Shown in pieces: positions 58,453 to 64,000 of a stretch of DNA of 64,000 bases; position 1 is the stretch's first letter, and the number at the start of each line of letters is the position of its first letter. The notes below the pieces were generated by a model that saw only the letters and a list, made by a program, of their open reading frames with translations, was not told where the DNA came from and did no database searches. The position numbers and the translations under genes were made by a program. This DNA comes from Chrysomallon squamiferum (taxonomy: Eukaryota; Animalia; Mollusca), in assembly GCA_012295275.1 (NCBI GenBank), contig CM022670.1, positions 434,001 to 498,000 of the forward strand, written 5' to 3'.

Positions 58453-59246
58453 TACAATTACTACCACCACCACTATTACTACAGTTACTACTGCTACTAT
58501 TATTATTAGTTTTATTATTAATTTATCATTTTATGATTATTATTATTATTACTAGTAGTAGTAGTGGTAGTAGTAGTTGTAGTAGTATGTGAACTCTGAA
58601 TGTATCCGTATTCAGAAATGGCTATTTTCATTAATACTGTTGGTGTATTCCAAGTACAAATAGTGACTGGTAATGAGCTGTGTGACTGGTTTTAAAATAA
58701 CAATACGGTAATGATACAGTCCTACCCGCCACAAACAAAATGAAATTAACTAAAATTAAAAACTATAATAATATTAATAAAATAGCATAATAACTCTTTG
58801 ATGGAAGATTTAACATAAATCCCCTCTAATAAACTGACTCCCCTGAATCCGCCAAAATGGACGCGTTGGGATCCGAGCTGATCTTAAACTGCACGTAAAA
58901 GTAGCCGATCAATTCGACATCGTGAACGGACTCGATAAATTAGACACTGAGTTTGAATAGGTCACAGCGTGGTAAAATTAGATTTAGTTTTCAACGTAAT
59001 CTTTGACCTACTTCACGATTTCACAGCATGTTAGTATTCTGAAGGTTTAACAGTGGTTTGAATTATGAATCAGTTAGTAATACGGAGTCGTGAATTATGA
59101 TGATGATGATGCTAATGAACACTTCAAAAACGAAATACAAGCAACAGTGACACCAGTAACATGTTTGTCATGTAGATGTCAGTAATGACGACGGCGACAA
59201 CGACAATACCAACAGCAATAATACTGATAGTAGTAGTAGTAGTAGC

Positions 59247-59292
<46 letters not shown>

Positions 59293-59358
59293 ACAACAAC
59301 GACAATATGATCAATAACCATATTTCTTGCATTATTATTATTACTGCTACTTTTTCTG

Positions 59359-59393
<35 letters not shown>

Positions 59394-60766
59394 ATTAATA
59401 TTTCAAAACAACAGTTGATATTAGTACTATTGTTTGTTTTATTTCTAGGTTTTAAAATTAAATATTATAAGAACATTTGTTTAGTTATTTTAACATGACA
59501 CCAGAAGCAGACGACAGATTTGTGTATTGTACAGAAACGTACTTAAGCTTTTAACTTTTAATTTTCCTTATAATTTCTTAAACCTGTGTTTTCACTTCTA
59601 ATGAAACAATAATTATTTCCTTCACAACTTTTGAAAAAAATATCTTATTAATAATAGAAAAGAAATCCTTTTCCGATTAATTACCTATTTTACAGCGTTT
59701 TGCAGCTTACTTGATTTTAAAAAACGAGAAACTGTTATAGTGCCTAAGTCTGAATAACACTGAATTTTATGAAATAGGTCGTTATCTTCTATTCTTTGAC
59801 CAACGTTTCGTACCATGCGACCAGGGATGGGTCCAAGATTTTCTACAGGGGGGATAAGCAATCAATAAGCCGGACAGATGAACCACCATGAACTAACAGG
59901 CTTCACTGACCGTTTTAGTAAACATATATATATATACATGCACGTGTCTTTGAGAACAGAAATTCGTTTTTAGTATTACAGGTGTTTACTTTGGAATAGG
60001 TAAAACTAATTATCAATATTACAGTGGTTTTGTCTAGACTCTCGCCTGTACGTAAATCTAAATCGTATTTTTTTTGAACGAGAAAAAAATTCTCGTTGCT
60101 AAAAGTAGAGATAACAGGACGCATCACGCTGTAAAAACCTTCAGATTTTATCTACCTGCAATGGTGATTTGTTGGTGACGACGGCAGCAAAGCCGTACAC
60201 GTGGTGACCCGTGCAGATGAAGTCGAGACTGCGATCGATTCGGCCGACAATTAGAAAGTCAAAGGAAATTATGACAGTGTTCTGATGATGAGCTGGTCGA
60301 TGGTACGCAGAGTGTAAATATCTCTACTTTTTGAGCAGGTGCAACTCGAACCGTTGCCGCACACGGACAATGCCGTCGTCCAACAAGCAATGTCGTCCTC
60401 TCTTTGTGCGATGATCTGAGAGTCAAGGCGTCAGAGCTTGACAACGTTTTGTGAATCGGAAGAGGATTCTGACAAAGTCGAGTAACCCGTTGTTGTGTGC
60501 AATCAAATTACGTTGCATTTCGATGTGTGAAAGCTCTTGAAAAAAAAAAAAGGAGTTAGAAAGAGGAAGAGGAAGTGCAAACATCTGTGTGTGAAACTTA
60601 ATTTCAAATTTAATTACGTTACGTGACTAACGTGTGGACGTCTCTTCAAAAAAATCCAGAAAAAAAAAGAAAACAAAAAACGTATATTTACATTTGAAGT
60701 TTGTTTCGAATTCTATTAATTACGTTATCTGACTTCGTTAGTCATCTTATGAAAGAAAAAAAAAAA

Positions 60767-60799
<33 letters not shown>

Positions 60800-61743
60800 A
60801 AAAAAAATATAATGGAAGTTCTTCAACAATGTCTGCATCTTGAGATGAAATTTTAACCAAATCGTGGAGTTCTTATTTTGTTTCGAATTAAACCCACAGC
60901 GACACGTTTTCTTCCTGTGTATAAACGTCCTTGAAAAAAGTTATCAGTAGATGACAAAGATGTGGACAAATTAGAATGTTACAAAACAGGTAATCACAGA
61001 TGTGACTGATTTTGTTAACAAGTGTTTGTTATGACTACAAGTTAGATGATGTTTATAAGGTGGTTGTGGTGTTTATTTTACTCTAACGTTTCTCTGAGAA
61101 AGGTTGGTAGTGAGAAGTCGAGTCACAGGACGTGTTTATCACGTTGGATTAGCGACTTTTTCTACGTCGTCTCATCTTGAATAAACATTAAATTGGCTTC
61201 TTTTAAATTGTTAAAAATATATTAACTCAAATTGAATTCACAAAACTGATATTAGGAACCTCTGCAGAAAAGCAGTTTCTAGAACGAAAGAGAAAAGAAA
61301 ACAAAAAGAAAAGAAAAAACAAACTAAGACATTTTGACAGCAACTGACACAGTTCATTCGGTCGAAACTTTTTTTTTCAACTTCACTGGATTTTCTTTTC
61401 ATTGAAAAATAACAAATTTAAAATAAAACAAAATTTTCATCGTCTGCTGCTGCCATTGATTTATCCGAATTACCAGTGTTTTCTGTTAATGTATTTCACA
61501 TTAATGACGTATTAAACCATATGGAACCGTTTGGACAGCAACCAATGAAATAAAAACAAATCACACAAACTAAAACGTCAACATGACAGCATCCTGTGGA
61601 ATAAGTATTCCTTCTTTTCACTGATTGTGTGACAAAGCTACACCAACCCTAAAGTTATCTAAATCTGTTTGTCAACCATGATTACATTCAACGAAGAACA
61701 TTACGAATTGACCAGGAGATCCAGAAGATAACCAGGAAGACGA

Positions 61744-61816
61744 ATGATAAATCGGAGTATGGACCTCAACTGTGTCAAAGACAACGGGGCGCCTCCAGGA
61801 ATACCTCAGTTTAATG
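61744..61816 (+). CDS. Candidate first coding exon (MINRSMDLNCVKDNGAPPGIPQFN, phase 1), product unknown
   Basis: Two in-frame ATGs (61744, and 61759 in context AGTATGG), an upstream in-frame stop, and donor ATG|GTAAGA at 61817. Confidence 0.4.
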
Positions 61817-62072
61817 GTAAGACGCAGTTGATCCTTCATGAAAAAACTATATCCATTAAGTAAAATTAAGTGTGGGTGGGATATAAAAAAACACAACAAA
61901 CATATGTACTCGTAGAGTGTGGCGTACCGTCATATGTAACTGTAATCATTTGATTTCTGCGATAGCCATGAGTTTCAGGGAAGCAATTCAATTTTAATAT
62001 ATTATCTTATATAGGCAAACACAGTGTACACCATCCTTGACAAAGAATAATGATATCACTGACTTGTTGCCT

Positions 62073-62271
62073 GTTGCCATGGTAATCGATTCATTGGAGC
62101 CTGTTTTCTCTGAAAATTGAAATACTTAGCCCTAATTTGATTAAGTTCTGATATATTGCTATGGAAACAAAGATAAACAAAATTAGAAGCGCGTGGCATA
62201 TTCATGTTTAAAATAATCAAGGTACATAAATGCATAATTCATAAAATGTCAATGATATTCACCGTAGCAAC
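62073..62271. promoter_or_regulatory. RFX X-box cluster with a forkhead site
   Basis: GTTGCCATGGTAAT (62073), ATTGCTATGGAAAC (62155), ATAAACA (62173) and CCGTAGCAAC (62262). Confidence 0.55.
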
Positions 62272-63308
62272 CGAATCAGCGACAACAAAGCAACGCTAAC
62301 GATAATAATAATAAATACAAAAGTGTAAAATCCAAAACAAATAGTAACAACAGCAAGAATGAAAACTACAAGAGCAACAGTAACAACAATAATAATAAAA
62401 TTCAAACTAATTTTATACTTCTGTATTTATTTATTCCCATATATATTATATTTATTTATTCCCATATATATTATATTTTTATATCAAATATATGTAAAAA
62501 AACACACACACATATAAGTTATACTATTTACTAAAGGGGGATTATGTGCATGTATGTATGTATGTGTGTATGTTTGTATATATGTATGTATGTATGTACG
62601 TACGTATATGTTTGTATTATGAAAAAACTTTATTAAATAATTATATGTGAATGGATGAATTATATCCTAGGTAAATCTGAACTTTATTTCTATTATACTA
62701 TTTGTTTATGGGAATTTGATTTCTCATTTTTCTTTATGCAGATTCATGATGCGAGGTTTCATAATAACCTATTTTATAGTTCATCATTTTTAAAGCATTG
62801 TCTTTCGTTTGATATATAATATTCTTCATATATATTAATAACCAATGTACTTTTCTTCAAAAGAATGGTTATTCATTCATTCATTCATTCATTTCTGTCT
62901 TTATCTAGCTTATGTGCGTGCGTGCGTGCATAAGTTGCGTGGCTTTATCATTTTTGAGTATATGTATGCATTTATTTTAATATATACACATTTTTTTTTC
63001 ACATACATAGATAGATTATGTATACTTGTATAATTTCATGCATACACATATACATACATACATACATATATACTGCACAAACACGTATACATACATACAC
63101 ACATACATAACTACACACACGTACACACATTTTTAAAGTTATTTAACTGTTGACTGTGAATCGCACTGTTTGACAACGAGAGCGCAGAACGCTCTGTGTG
63201 ATTCCTGCAAACAAGAGGGTACTTCGTGTTTATCTATCACAAAACTCTACTAACATCGATTTTTATCCCAGTTGTCTTGCTAGAGTATAATAAGCCACGG
63301 GATTTATA

Positions 63309-63370
63309 TGTTTATTAAACCGTTACCATGGCAACCCATCTTGCGAAATAGTCAAGCGGCGCGCGCAAAA
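63309..63370 (+). promoter_or_regulatory. Promoter-like element: forkhead TGTTTAT, consensus X-box GTTACCATGGCAAC, E2F-like GCGCGCAAAA
   Basis: The X-box at 63322-63335 matches GTNRCCATGGYAAC exactly and sits in a CpG-rich context. Confidence 0.65.
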
Positions 63371-63384
63371 GTTATGAGTAGCAG

Positions 63385-63575
63385 TCGACATCGTTGTCAT
63401 TCGTGGCCCACTCTGAAAGAGTGTCTGAAACAGATCATTTTTCATTCTGTGTCGTAGTCGCTGTTGACGTAAACTACGTCATAGCAACAAACAAACAAAA
63501 GAGATGTACAGTTCCTAGACGTACAGTGTGTATCGCGTACAAAGCGCGGAGTTTATTACCGTGTGACGTGTTTTG
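63385..63575 (+). other. Candidate non-coding first exon; start approximate
   Basis: CpG-rich sequence just downstream of the X-box, ending at donor TTG|GTGAGT (63576) and followed by T-rich intron-like sequence. Confidence 0.5.
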
Positions 63576-64000
63576 GTGAGTGTAGCTTTTTCGTAATAGT
63601 TTTAAAAAAAGTAACTTTAGAAACATCAAATTAAATCACTGAATTTAAACCGGTATATGTTGATGTAGATATGTTGTTGTTGGTTTTTTTTCTGTTATTT
63701 TATTGTACTGTTTATTTATTTATTTTGTGATATTTTTGTTGTTTTAGTTGTTATTTTTGTTTGTTTGTTTGTATGATTACATGAACAATGAACAAACGTG
63801 AATATATATATATATATATATATTTTTTTTTTTATGTATTGGTATACGCATCTGGCTGTGTTTGTGAAAACTGTGTGTGTGATTTATGTATAATATCAAA
63901 ATATGAATGTACGTGAATTTATACATCTGTTCGTATGAAAGCAGATAACTTTTTAAAAATTTGTTTCTATGAATATAATGATATATATTGGCCACACACG

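Noticed and set aside
52628-60995. Further + strand mini-exon candidates (donors near 52660, 58138 and 60990)
   Set aside because: Each has one weak splice site, and such pairs are expected by chance in 64 kb.

Overview
AT-rich animal genomic DNA, very dense in microsatellites (AC, AG, AT, AAT, AAC, ATC, ACT, ATAC, AAAT) and in degenerate minisatellite arrays. The texture suggests a mollusc, possibly a cephalopod, but that is an inference from repeat style only. No long coding sequence, recognisable protein domain, rRNA, intact tRNA, CRISPR array or autonomous transposon is visible, and nearly all ORFs in the supplied track are translated simple repeats. The best-supported reading is the 5' regulatory region and long first introns of a + strand gene. 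It contains several candidate first exons ending in consensus splice donors (about 19.0, 30.1, 31.7-32.1, 61.7 and 63.4-63.6 kb) and one strong internal exon (46313-46399). An RFX X-box/forkhead cluster lies at 62.0-63.4 kb. There are also many CpG-retaining islands, several long hairpins or inverted repeats, and non-autonomous repeat relics. The gene cannot be named from this window, and all exon calls rest on splice signals alone.
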